Shown here in pieces: positions 15,636-22,751 of a stretch of 24,000 nt of DNA; the stretch's first letter is position 1; each line of letters opens with the position of its first letter. The stretch lies in contig NZ_JACBZA010000001.1 of NCBI RefSeq assembly GCF_013408535.1, positions 1,548,850 to 1,572,849 of the forward strand. The letters are read 5' to 3'. A program made the translations under genes and the position numbers. This DNA comes from Actinopolymorpha cephalotaxi (lineage in GTDB: Bacteria > Actinomycetota > Actinomycetes > Propionibacteriales > Actinopolymorphaceae). The notes under the pieces are model-generated. The model searched no databases and was not told the DNA's origin. It saw only the letters and a program-made list of their open reading frames with translations.

Positions 15636-16504
15636 GCCGGCGGCGCTGCGAGGTCCACCGGCGCCGCAGAGTCCACCGGCGCCGCAGAGTCCACCGGCGC
15701 CGCGAAGTCCACCGGTGCCTCGAACGCCGCCCGCCTGGCCGCCCGGCGCAGCGTGCCGAGCACCACCCGGCCGGCGAGCAGGATCAGGACGGCGTTCACC
15801 ACACCGCGTACGAAGTCCCACCCGAACGACGTGGTGACGTAGAACGCCGCGTAGTGGCGGAGGTTGGTGAGCACCGGCTCGCCCGCGGCGTAGCTCATCC
15901 CGGCCGGCAGCGAGGTCGAGAAGGGCCAGAACGACAGGTTCAGCAGCGCGCCGTACGCGAAGCCCGCCACGCCCGCGTACCCCGCGAGCAGCATCCGCTC
16001 GGCCCGGCCGGAAGCGTGCGGCAGGAGACCGGCAGCCAGCCCGACCCAGGCCAGGCCGACCATCTGGAACGGCAGCCACGGCCCCACGCCGCCGGTGGCG
16101 AGCCCGCTGGCCAGGATCATCACCGAACCCAGCGCGAACCCGAACCCCGCGCCGAACACCCGGGCGGCCAGGATCACCAGGAAGAGCGTCGGTTCGAACC
16201 CTCCGGTGCCCGGACTGAGTGCCCGCAGCGCGGTCCCGGCCGCGGCCAGCACGCCCAGCATGGCGACCGCCTTGGCATCCATGCCGCCCTCGGTCAGCTC
16301 GGCCAGCACGACCGCGATGACGAGGGGAAGCAGGACGAGGAAGAGGTACGGCGCGTTCGGGCCGGCGCCGCCAGCCGCGTCACCGGCTCCGGTCAGGAAC
16401 GGCCAGCCGAACCCCAGCACGCCGGCCAGGCCTGCCGCGGCGAGGGCCGCGACCGACCTGGGCCGCAGCCGGACGACCTCGGACCGCCCGGACCGTTCGG
16501 TCAC
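15590..16504 (-). CDS. ECF-transporter substrate-capture (S) component, multi-pass membrane protein
   Basis: GTG 16504 overlaps the upstream ATPase stop in a GTGA junction. The 304-aa product has about 6-7 hydrophobic helices and is the last gene of the ECF operon. The track entry 15590-16969 is over-extended at the 5' end. The C-terminal tail carries the (A)APVD(S/F/L)A x4 repeat, and its last 46 nt overlap the convergent ClpP-like gene. Confidence 0.72.
   Translation of the reverse strand: MTERSGRSEVVRLRPRSVAALAAAGLAGVLGFGWPFLTGAGDAAGGAGPNAPYLFLVLLPLVIAVVLAELTEGGMDAKAVAMLGVLAAAGTALRALSPGTGGFEPTLFLVILAARVFGAGFGFALGSVMILASGLATGGVGPWLPFQMVGLAWVGLAAGLLPHASGRAERMLLAGYAGVAGFAYGALLNLSFWPFSTSLPAGMSYAAGEPVLTNLRHYAAFYVTTSFGWDFVRGVVNAVLILLAGRVVLGTLRRAARRAAFEAPVDFAAPVDSAAPVDSAAPVDLAAPPAQRTERPEATRWARP
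15653..15724. repeat. 18-bp tandem repeat x4 (coding, C-terminal tail of the S component)
   Basis: Units are gtccaccggcgccgcaga (15653-15670 and 15671-15688, identical), gtccaccggcgccgcgaa (15689-15706) and gtccaccggtgcctcgaa (15707-15724). On the minus strand they encode APVDF-AAPVDS-AAPVDS-AAPVDL. Confidence 0.9.
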
Positions 16505-18210
16505 GACGCGGGTTCCAGCGCGGCCGCCACGTCGGTGACAGTGAGCCAGGGCTGAGGCCGCAGGATCTTCGCCACCTGCGGGGCGAACGTCGGCGACGCC
16601 GACACCACCGAACCCACCGGCCCGTCGGCGACCACCTCCCCGTCGGCGAGCACGACGACCCGGGTGGCCACCTCCGCGACGAGTTCGACGTCGTGAGTGG
16701 CGAACACCACGCCGTGCCCGGCGTCGGCGAGGTCCCGGACGATCCGCGTCAACCGCGCCTTGGCGGTGTAGTCCAGGCCGCGGGTGGGCTCGTCCAGGAG
16801 CAGCAGCGGTGGCTGCCCGGTGAGCACGACGGCCAGCGCCAGGCACAGCCGCTGCCCCTCGGACAGGTCGCGGGGATGACGGTTCGGGGGTACGCCGGGC
16901 GCCAGCCGCTCCAGCAGCCGGGCACAGCTCCCGGCCGGTGCGTCGAAGTCCCGATCGGCCTGGCCGCACTCCTGCGCCACCGTTTCCGCGTACAGCAGGC
17001 TGCCCGGATCCTGCGGCACCAGCCCGACCGCCCGGGCGATCGCGCGCGGCTTGGCGGTGGCCGGGTCCACCGTGCCCACCGGGTCCGCCCGGCCGACCCG
17101 GACCGTGCCCGCCACCGGACGCACCAGCCCCACCAGTGAGCCGAGCAACGTGGACTTGCCCGCGCCGTTGCGGCCCATCAGCGCGACCACCTCGCCGGCC
17201 GCGACGTCGAGGGTGAGGTCGCGCACCGCCGGCGGCTGCGCGGATCGGCGGCCGCCGTACCGGACGGTCAGCTCGTGCACCGTCGCCACCGTCCTCACCG
17301 GGTCGGTCGTGTCCACCGTGTCCACCGTGTCAACCGAGCGCCGGCCGTTCGAGACAGGCTTTCGGGGTACGCCGGTCCGCACCGGCGGGCGCATCGGCGC
17401 GAGACGTTCGCGCAGTGGACCGGCCATCCGCCGGGCGTCCCGGACGCTGAGGGGGAGCGGGTCCCACCCGGCGAGCCGGCCGAGCGCGACCACCGGCGGC
17501 GCGACCGAGGAACGGGCCATCATCTGCGCGGGTGGGCCGACCTCCAGCGCGTCGCCGGTCCCGCGGACCAGCACCACCCGGTCGGCGTACTGCACCACGC
17601 GCTCGAGCCGGTGCTCGGCCAGCAGCACCGTCACCCCGAGGTCGTGCACCAGCCGCTGGAGGGCGGCGAGCACCTCCTCGGCGGCCTGCGGGTCCAGCGC
17701 CGACGTCGGCTCGTCCAGCACCAGGATCCGGGGATGGGTGGTGAGGACCGCGCCGATCGCGACCCGCTGCTGCTGCCCGCCGGACAGCGAGGCGATCGGC
17801 CGCCCGCGTACGCCGGCCAGGCCGAGCAGGTCGAGGGTCTCCTCCACGCGGGTACGCATCACGTCCGGCGGCAGCCCCAGCGACTCCATGCCGTACGCCA
17901 GTTCGTCTTCCACCGTGTCGGTGACGAACCCGGCGAGGGGATCCTGCCCGACCACACCCACCACGTCGGCGAGGTCACGTGGCCGGTGGGTGCGGGTGTC
18001 CCGGCCGTCGACGAGGACGCGGCCGGCCATCGTCCCGCCGGTGAAGTGCGGCACCAGCCCGTTGACCGCCCGCAGCAGCGTGCTCTTGCCGGCGCCGGTC
18101 TGCCCGACGACCAGGCACAGCTCGCCCTCGGCGACCTCGAACGTGACGTCCTGCAGGACCGGCGACGCGGCGCCGGGATAGCGCACGGTCACCGACTCGA
18201 ACCTGATCAC
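16501..18210 (-). CDS. ECF-type ABC transporter, fused duplicated ATPase (EcfA-EcfA')
   Basis: 569 aa from GTG 18210, which has SD GGAGG upstream and a GTGA overlap with the EcfT stop. It contains two ABC cassettes. Cassette 1: Walker A GQTGAGKST, signature LSGGQQQR, Walker B ILVLDEPTS. Cassette 2: Walker A GRNGAGKST, signature LSEGQRLC, Walker B LLLLDEPTRG. The track ORF 16501-19302 is over-extended at the 5' end. Confidence 0.92.
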   Translation of the reverse strand: MIRFESVTVRYPGAASPVLQDVTFEVAEGELCLVVGQTGAGKSTLLRAVNGLVPHFTGGTMAGRVLVDGRDTRTHRPRDLADVVGVVGQDPLAGFVTDTVEDELAYGMESLGLPPDVMRTRVEETLDLLGLAGVRGRPIASLSGGQQQRVAIGAVLTTHPRILVLDEPTSALDPQAAEEVLAALQRLVHDLGVTVLLAEHRLERVVQYADRVVLVRGTGDALEVGPPAQMMARSSVAPPVVALGRLAGWDPLPLSVRDARRMAGPLRERLAPMRPPVRTGVPRKPVSNGRRSVDTVDTVDTTDPVRTVATVHELTVRYGGRRSAQPPAVRDLTLDVAAGEVVALMGRNGAGKSTLLGSLVGLVRPVAGTVRVGRADPVGTVDPATAKPRAIARAVGLVPQDPGSLLYAETVAQECGQADRDFDAPAGSCARLLERLAPGVPPNRHPRDLSEGQRLCLALAVVLTGQPPLLLLDEPTRGLDYTAKARLTRIVRDLADAGHGVVFATHDVELVAEVATRVVVLADGEVVADGPVGSVVSASPTFAPQVAKILRPQPWLTVTDVAAALEPAS

Positions 18211-19352
18211 GCGAGCACCTCCGAGGACGGGTCGGACGAGCCTGCCGATCCCGATGAACCGGTCACTGGCAGCGGCGGCGGTGAGCACCAGGCGGGCAGC
18301 AGGCCCAGCAGGGCACCGATCGTGGGCAGCACCGGCAGGCCGGGCAAAGTCAGGGGAGAGGCGGACACGACGACGTCGGGTACGCCGGTGGACGCGGCCC
18401 AGGTGAACGCCGCGGCGACGGCCACGCCGCTGGCCGCGACCAGCCACTCCGGCAGCGCCCACGGGTCGGGGCGGTACCTCGTGCGCACGGCCCGCCGCCC
18501 GGCCAGCGCCAGGCCGGCCACCGCGGCCGCGCCGCCGGCCACCAGCATCGGCACGCCGAACAACGGCCCGCCGTCGGCGGCGAGCAGGCCGTAGGCGCCC
18601 GCGCACAGACCGACCAGGCCGCCGAGGACGAGGACCGCGGTCACCGTCCGGGTGGCCCGCGGCACCTGACCCACCCGGCCGTACCCTCGCGAGTCCATCG
18701 CCGCGGCCAGCGCCAGCGAGCGTTCCAGCGCACCCTCCAGCAAAGGAACGGCGGTGGCGCGCAGCGAACGCAGGCCCCGGTCGGCCCGGCCGCGCAGCCT
18801 GCGTGCCGCCCGGGCCCGCGCGGCGTCCCCGACCAGCTGGGGCGCGAACGTCATCGCGACCACCACGGCCACGCCGAGCTCGTACAGCGCACCCGGCATC
18901 GCGGCCAGCAGCCGCTTGGGGTTGGCCAGCGCGTTCGCGGCGCCGATGCAGGCGAGGACGGCGGCCAGCCGGAGCCCGTCGTACGCCGCGGACGCCAGCG
19001 CCTCGGCGGTCACCGCACCGCCGATTCGGATCCCCTCCAGCCAGCCGGGCAGCGGCACCTGGGGCAACGTGAGGAGCACGGTCCGCCCGGTCACCGCCGC
19101 GCCGAACAGCGACTGGAAGACCACCCGGATCGCGATCACCACCAGCCCGAGCCGCAGGAACGCGCCATAGGACCGTGCCCACGGCGCGGACGTACGACGA
19201 GCCGCCACCACGTAGCCGGCGACGGCGAGCACCAGCACCAGCAGGAGCGGGTTCGTGGTGCGGCTGGCCGCCGTCGCCAGGCCGAGCGCCCACAGCCACC
19301 ACGCACCCGGGTGGAGGGTGCGCGGCAGCGAGGGACGGTGGACGGCGCGCAT
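18207..19352 (-). CDS. ecfT: ECF transporter transmembrane (T) component, CbiQ/EcfT family
   Basis: ATG 19352 lies 4 nt after the upstream stop. The product is polytopic and has the two coupling-helix Ala-Arg-Gly type motifs (ARAARRLRGR and AAAMDSRGYG). At 381 aa it is long for the family. Confidence 0.82.
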   Translation of the reverse strand: MRAVHRPSLPRTLHPGAWWLWALGLATAASRTTNPLLLVLVLAVAGYVVAARRTSAPWARSYGAFLRLGLVVIAIRVVFQSLFGAAVTGRTVLLTLPQVPLPGWLEGIRIGGAVTAEALASAAYDGLRLAAVLACIGAANALANPKRLLAAMPGALYELGVAVVVAMTFAPQLVGDAARARAARRLRGRADRGLRSLRATAVPLLEGALERSLALAAAMDSRGYGRVGQVPRATRTVTAVLVLGGLVGLCAGAYGLLAADGGPLFGVPMLVAGGAAAVAGLALAGRRAVRTRYRPDPWALPEWLVAASGVAVAAAFTWAASTGVPDVVVSASPLTLPGLPVLPTIGALLGLLPAWCSPPPLPVTGSSGSAGSSDPSSEVLA

Positions 19353-19356
19353 CGGC

Positions 19357-20139
19357 TCAGGCGCCCTGGTCGGCGTTCCGCTGGCTGCGCAGGAACAGCA
19401 GCCCGCCGCCCAGCAGGACGACGAGGACCGCCACCACCGGGAGGACCGGCAGCCCGCCGGAGCCCGCGTCGACGGCCCGATCGCCGGCGCCTTCGCGGGG
19501 TTCACCGGCGCCGGCCTTCTTTCCGCCCGCCTTGGCCTCGGCGTGAACCGCGGGCAACGCCAGCGCGACGGTCGGCTCCGGCGAGGCGACCGCCGGCTCC
19601 TTCTTCACCGGGTCGCCGCAGCCACTGGAGGGGAAGCCGTCGATCCCGCAGATCATGCTCTTCTGGTCGCGGACGTCGGCGACGGCGGCGAGCACCTGCG
19701 CGGAGTTCGCCTTGGCGTCCACGAGCGCGCACGCGCCCCGGGGCTTCGCGGGGGACTGCCCGCCGGGCGCCTCGTCGGCCAGGCCGTAGTCGAGGACGAC
19801 GCCGACCCGCTTCTTTCCGGCCTGGGCCTTGGTGTCACCGCAGAGCTCGGCGAAGTCGGCGGCCGCCCGCGGCAGCCGGGGCGGCGACTTCTCACCCGAC
19901 ACCGCGAACCGCCAGCCGTCGACGGCGCCGTCCTTCGGGGTGACCGAGCCGGGGCCGACCGAGGCCATCTTCCAGGCGTGGTCGGTCCACTGGAAGAAGC
20001 CCCAGTAGCGGTACGCGGACGCCTGCGCGACCCCGGCGCCGAGGGTCGTGGCGAGCAGGCCGGCGGCCAGCACGGTCGCCAGGGTGGTCAGGACGATGGC
20101 CGCGGCAGAACGCCGGGCCTTCGACGGGGCGAGCCTCAT
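19357..20139 (-). CDS. Exported, C-terminally membrane-anchored protein; resembles the SCO2322 family found with actinobacterial ECF modules
   Basis: Signal peptide (MRLAPSKARRS...GAGVAQA/SA), a mature domain starting YRYWGFFQW, a Pro/Ala/Lys-rich spacer, and a C-terminal hydrophobic helix with a basic tail (LLFLRSQRN). SD GAGGGA lies 5 nt upstream of ATG 20139. The family name is from memory. Confidence 0.68.
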   Translation of the reverse strand: MRLAPSKARRSAAAIVLTTLATVLAAGLLATTLGAGVAQASAYRYWGFFQWTDHAWKMASVGPGSVTPKDGAVDGWRFAVSGEKSPPRLPRAAADFAELCGDTKAQAGKKRVGVVLDYGLADEAPGGQSPAKPRGACALVDAKANSAQVLAAVADVRDQKSMICGIDGFPSSGCGDPVKKEPAVASPEPTVALALPAVHAEAKAGGKKAGAGEPREGAGDRAVDAGSGGLPVLPVVAVLVVLLGGGLLFLRSQRNADQGA

Positions 20140-20303
20140 TCGGGTCCCTCTTTCTCATGGTGCGGTCACGGCCAAGGGAACCGGGACCACACATGAGAAC
20201 GCCCCCGGCTACGTGCGGCGTGGAACGCCGGTAGCCGAGGGCAGGGCTCGGGTGCGTGACCCGCGCTCCGCCCGCAGACCTCGACGGGAGTCGTGGAGCC
20301 GGT

Positions 20304-20486
20304 CGTCGTCGGCAGGTGCTCCGGCTCGCCGCGGGCACCCGGTGAGTTCGTACGATCTCGGCTCGACGGCGGGTCGGGCCAGGTCGTGCGGACCTGCGGG
20401 CACGCGGCCTACGGTTGCGGGTCAGCGCCGGATTCGGACCGGCTTTCCCTGCGTGCGGAAACCCGGGTGGGTCCCGCCCGACGACG
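20304..20486 (-). promoter_or_regulatory. Cobalamin (B12) riboswitch aptamer
   Basis: The minus-strand RNA carries the conserved core AGGGAAAGCCGGUCCGAAUCCGGCGCUGACCCGCAACCGUAGG (20450->20408). The B12 box is GAGCCGGAGCACCUGCC (20327->20311). A 9-bp closing helix pairs CGUCGUCGG (20486->20478) with CCGACGACG (20312->20304). A P3-like hairpin GCGGGACCC-ACCC-GGGUUUCCGC sits just 5' of the GGGAA. The roughly 183-nt size is typical, and the aptamer ends 164 nt upstream of the first ECF-operon gene. Confidence 0.8.
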
Positions 20487-20499
20487 TCGTGCAGGACGG

Positions 20500-20528
20500 A
20501 CGCTCTCACGGCCGCCCCGGGAAGTCAA
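20500..20528 (-). promoter_or_regulatory. Candidate housekeeping-type promoter for the riboswitch/ECF operon
   Basis: On the minus strand, TTGACT (20528->20523) is followed by 14 nt and then TGA-GAGCGT (20508->20500), an extended -10 with the conserved A2 and T6. The predicted TSS is about 7 nt upstream of the aptamer closing helix. This is a pattern match only. Confidence 0.3.
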
Positions 20529-20712
20529 AGATGTCCCGAACCCGGCGAGACGTTCCGGTGCGAGGCGCCTATGCCAGGTCTGTGTCGAGTCGGGTGCCGG
20601 GCCTGGGCCGGGCCTGGTGTCGGGCCGACCGGCCCGGCCGCGCGACCGGCACCGGCCGTGCCCGACCGAGCCGACCACGACAGGCCCCGGGAAACCTCTA
20701 AGCTCGGCTTTC

Positions 20713-20922
20713 ATGACCTGGACGTGGCGACTCGAAGATTCCGAGGGCAACCCCGTGGACGCCGGCGAGCTCGCCCGCAGCGAGTTCCCGTCGCAGAGCG
20801 ACGCGGAGAGCTGGATCGGTGAAACCTGGCGCGAACTCGCCGGAAGCGGTGTCGACCGGGTGACGCTGCTCGAAGCCGGGCGCGAGGTCTACGGCCCGAT
20901 GAGCCTGCACCCCGCCGACTGA
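20713..20922 (+). CDS. Small conserved hypothetical protein (69 aa)
   Basis: MTWTWRLEDSEGNPV...AESWIGETWRELAGSGVDRVTLLEAGREVYGPMSL. GC3 bias is strong. The in-frame upstream extension (track ORF 20293-20922) is Arg-rich and non-protein-like. No clear SD. Confidence 0.62.
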   Translation: MTWTWRLEDSEGNPVDAGELARSEFPSQSDAESWIGETWRELAGSGVDRVTLLEAGREVYGPMSLHPAD

Positions 20923-20977
20923 GCTGAACGACCGGCCCGGACGGCCCGACCGTCCGGGCGGTCGCAGGTCGTGCCGC

Positions 20978-21580
20978 CTAGGCGGAGATCTTCTCCCCGC
21001 CGGGCTTGACCTGCGGCTTGGGCATCCGCAGCCGCCGGATCTGGGTCGAGCGCATGATGCCGTACGACAGTGCGCCGCGGTGGCTCTCATTGGGGAACTG
21101 CTCCCGCAGCCCCTTCTTCAGCCGCCGTCCCAACAGCACCAGGTCCAGCGGCACGATGATGATCGCCACCAGCCAGAGGTAGGTCGCCACCACGCGTACC
21201 TGCGGCATCGGCAACGTCATGAAGATGAAGATGACCAGGAAGTACGGCAGGAGGTACTCCGCCGGGGTGCGGCGCGAGTCGACGTAGTCGCGGACGAACC
21301 TGCGGACCGGTCCCTTGTCCCGCGCCGGGAGGTAGCGCTCGTCGCCGGTGGCCATCGCCTGCTGCATCCTGGCCCGCTCGGAACGGGACTTCTCCCGCTG
21401 CTGGCGGATCGCCTCTTTGCGGTCGCGCGGCGCGCTGACCCGGGTCTTGCGGGCCTGCTCTGCCTCACGGCGCTTGGGCGTGGGGCGTCCCTTGCCGCCG
21501 GAGCCGCCGGTCTTCTCGGACGGCGTCGGCTCGGTGGCCGTCTCGGCGGGGGCCTCGGTTGTCGTATGGCGTCGGAACAC
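20978..21580 (-). CDS. DUF3043-family membrane protein
   Basis: 200 aa from GTG 21580 (GTG 21586 is an alternative). The N-terminal half is basic (KRREAEQARK...RDRKEAIRQQREKSR) and is followed by two TM helices (YLLPYFLVIFIFMTL and VATYLWLVAIIIVPLDLVLL). The track ORF 20978-21976 is over-extended at the 5' end. Confidence 0.78.
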   Translation of the reverse strand: MFRRHTTTEAPAETATEPTPSEKTGGSGGKGRPTPKRREAEQARKTRVSAPRDRKEAIRQQREKSRSERARMQQAMATGDERYLPARDKGPVRRFVRDYVDSRRTPAEYLLPYFLVIFIFMTLPMPQVRVVATYLWLVAIIIVPLDLVLLGRRLKKGLREQFPNESHRGALSYGIMRSTQIRRLRMPKPQVKPGGEKISA

Positions 21581-21757
21581 GCCCACAGAGTAACGGTCCG
21601 GCAAATCCGCGCCCCAGCCCGGCCCGGGAGGTGACCGGCGTGGTCCGCGACCGGATCCGCCCGCGAACCCGACCCGCGTCTCCATCGGCGCCGCCACGCG
21701 CGAACCGCCACGGAAACCGCCCGGAAATACCGCCGGAAACGGCTGAAACGCTCCGCC

Positions 21758-21786
21758 GGGAACTCCGTGAGTTCGCCGCTCGTCTA
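21758..21786 (+). promoter_or_regulatory. ECF-sigma-type promoter candidate upstream of pspA
   Basis: GGGAAC (21758-21763), 17 nt, then CGTCTA (21781-21786) fits the generic ECF pattern AAC-N16/17-CGT. An overlapping TGAAAC (21744-21749)-N16-CGTGA also fits. The site is about 140 nt upstream of the pspA ATG. Confidence 0.35.
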
Positions 21787-21926
21787 GGGGAAATGTCCGG
21801 GGGAGGTGGGGTCGCCCTTGTACGTTCGTCGGCATAGGGTGAACCCACACACGACGCCGTCCCGTGCCATCCGCGGCAGGGAGGCACGACCGGCTTTCTG
21901 TGAGACGAAGGGGGCGGCCGACCTCG

Positions 21927-22751
21927 ATGGGTATTCTCAACCGCTTCGCGATGATCTTCCGCGCGAAGGCCAACAAGGCGATGGACCGCGCCGAAGACCC
22001 GCGCGAGACGCTCGACTACTCCTACACGAAGCAGCTGGAGATGCTCCAGAAGGTCCGGCGTGGTGTGGCTGACGTCGCGACCAGCCGCAAGCGGCTCGAG
22101 CTGCAGATGAACCAGCTCAACCAGCAGTCGAACAAGCTCAAGGACCAGGCGCAGAAGGCGTTGTCGATGGGCCGGGAGGACCTCGCTCGCGAGGCGCTGA
22201 CCCGCCGGTCCGGGGTCGAGCAGCAGGTGTCCGACCTCAGCACGCAGCACGCCACGCTGCAGGGCGAGGAGGAGAAGCTCACCCTCGCGGCGCAGCGCCT
22301 GCAGACCAAGGTCGAGGCGTTCCGCACCAAGAAGGAAACCATCAAGGCCACCTACACCGCGGCCGAGGCGCAGACCCGCGTCGGCGAGGCGTTCACCGGG
22401 ATCTCCGAGGAGATGGGCGACGTCAACATGGCCGTGCAGCGGGCCGAGGACAAGACGGCCGAGCTGCAGGCCCGTTCCGGTGCGATCGACGAGCTGTTGG
22501 CCTCCGGCGCGCTGGACGACGTCACCGGCACCAGCAAGGACGACATCTCCCTGGAGCTGGAGCGGATGGCGTCCGGCAACGACGTCGAGAGCGAGCTGGC
22601 CGCGATGAAGGCCCAGCTCGGTGGGGGCTCGGCACCGGCCCGCGAGATCGAGGGCCAGGCCACCCCGGGCGAGCAGGCATCGCCGTCCGCGACGCAGCAG
22701 TCCGCCCAGCCCGCACCGGACCAGCCGCAAAGGCAGGGTGAGGGATCGTGA
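21927..22751 (+). CDS. pspA: PspA/IM30-family envelope-stress protein
   Basis: ATG 21927 gives MGILNRFAMIFRAKANKAMDRAEDPRETLDYSY, a typical PspA N-terminus. The body has a coiled-coil composition and ends in a Gln/Pro-rich tail. Length 274 aa. Confidence 0.92.
   Translation: MGILNRFAMIFRAKANKAMDRAEDPRETLDYSYTKQLEMLQKVRRGVADVATSRKRLELQMNQLNQQSNKLKDQAQKALSMGREDLAREALTRRSGVEQQVSDLSTQHATLQGEEEKLTLAAQRLQTKVEAFRTKKETIKATYTAAEAQTRVGEAFTGISEEMGDVNMAVQRAEDKTAELQARSGAIDELLASGALDDVTGTSKDDISLELERMASGNDVESELAAMKAQLGGGSAPAREIEGQATPGEQASPSATQQSAQPAPDQPQRQGEGS

Noticed and set aside
16505-16969. 5' extensions of track ORFs 15590-16969, 16501-19302, 18207-19505 and 20978-21976
   Set aside because: Each extension overlaps the upstream gene in another frame and is Arg/Pro/Gly-rich. 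SD motifs, GTGA overlaps and family N-termini support the shorter gene models listed in the features.
20140-20712. TPP riboswitch (because the fused ATPase resembles YkoD-type ECF modules), or a hidden protein gene in the long spacer
   Set aside because: There is no CUGAGA / ACCUGAUC..GG..AAU.CC signature on either strand. The in-frame ORFs here (20048-20701, 20293-20922 upstream part, 20415-20822) are Arg-rich and non-protein-like. The cobalamin-riboswitch reading explains the conserved-looking part.
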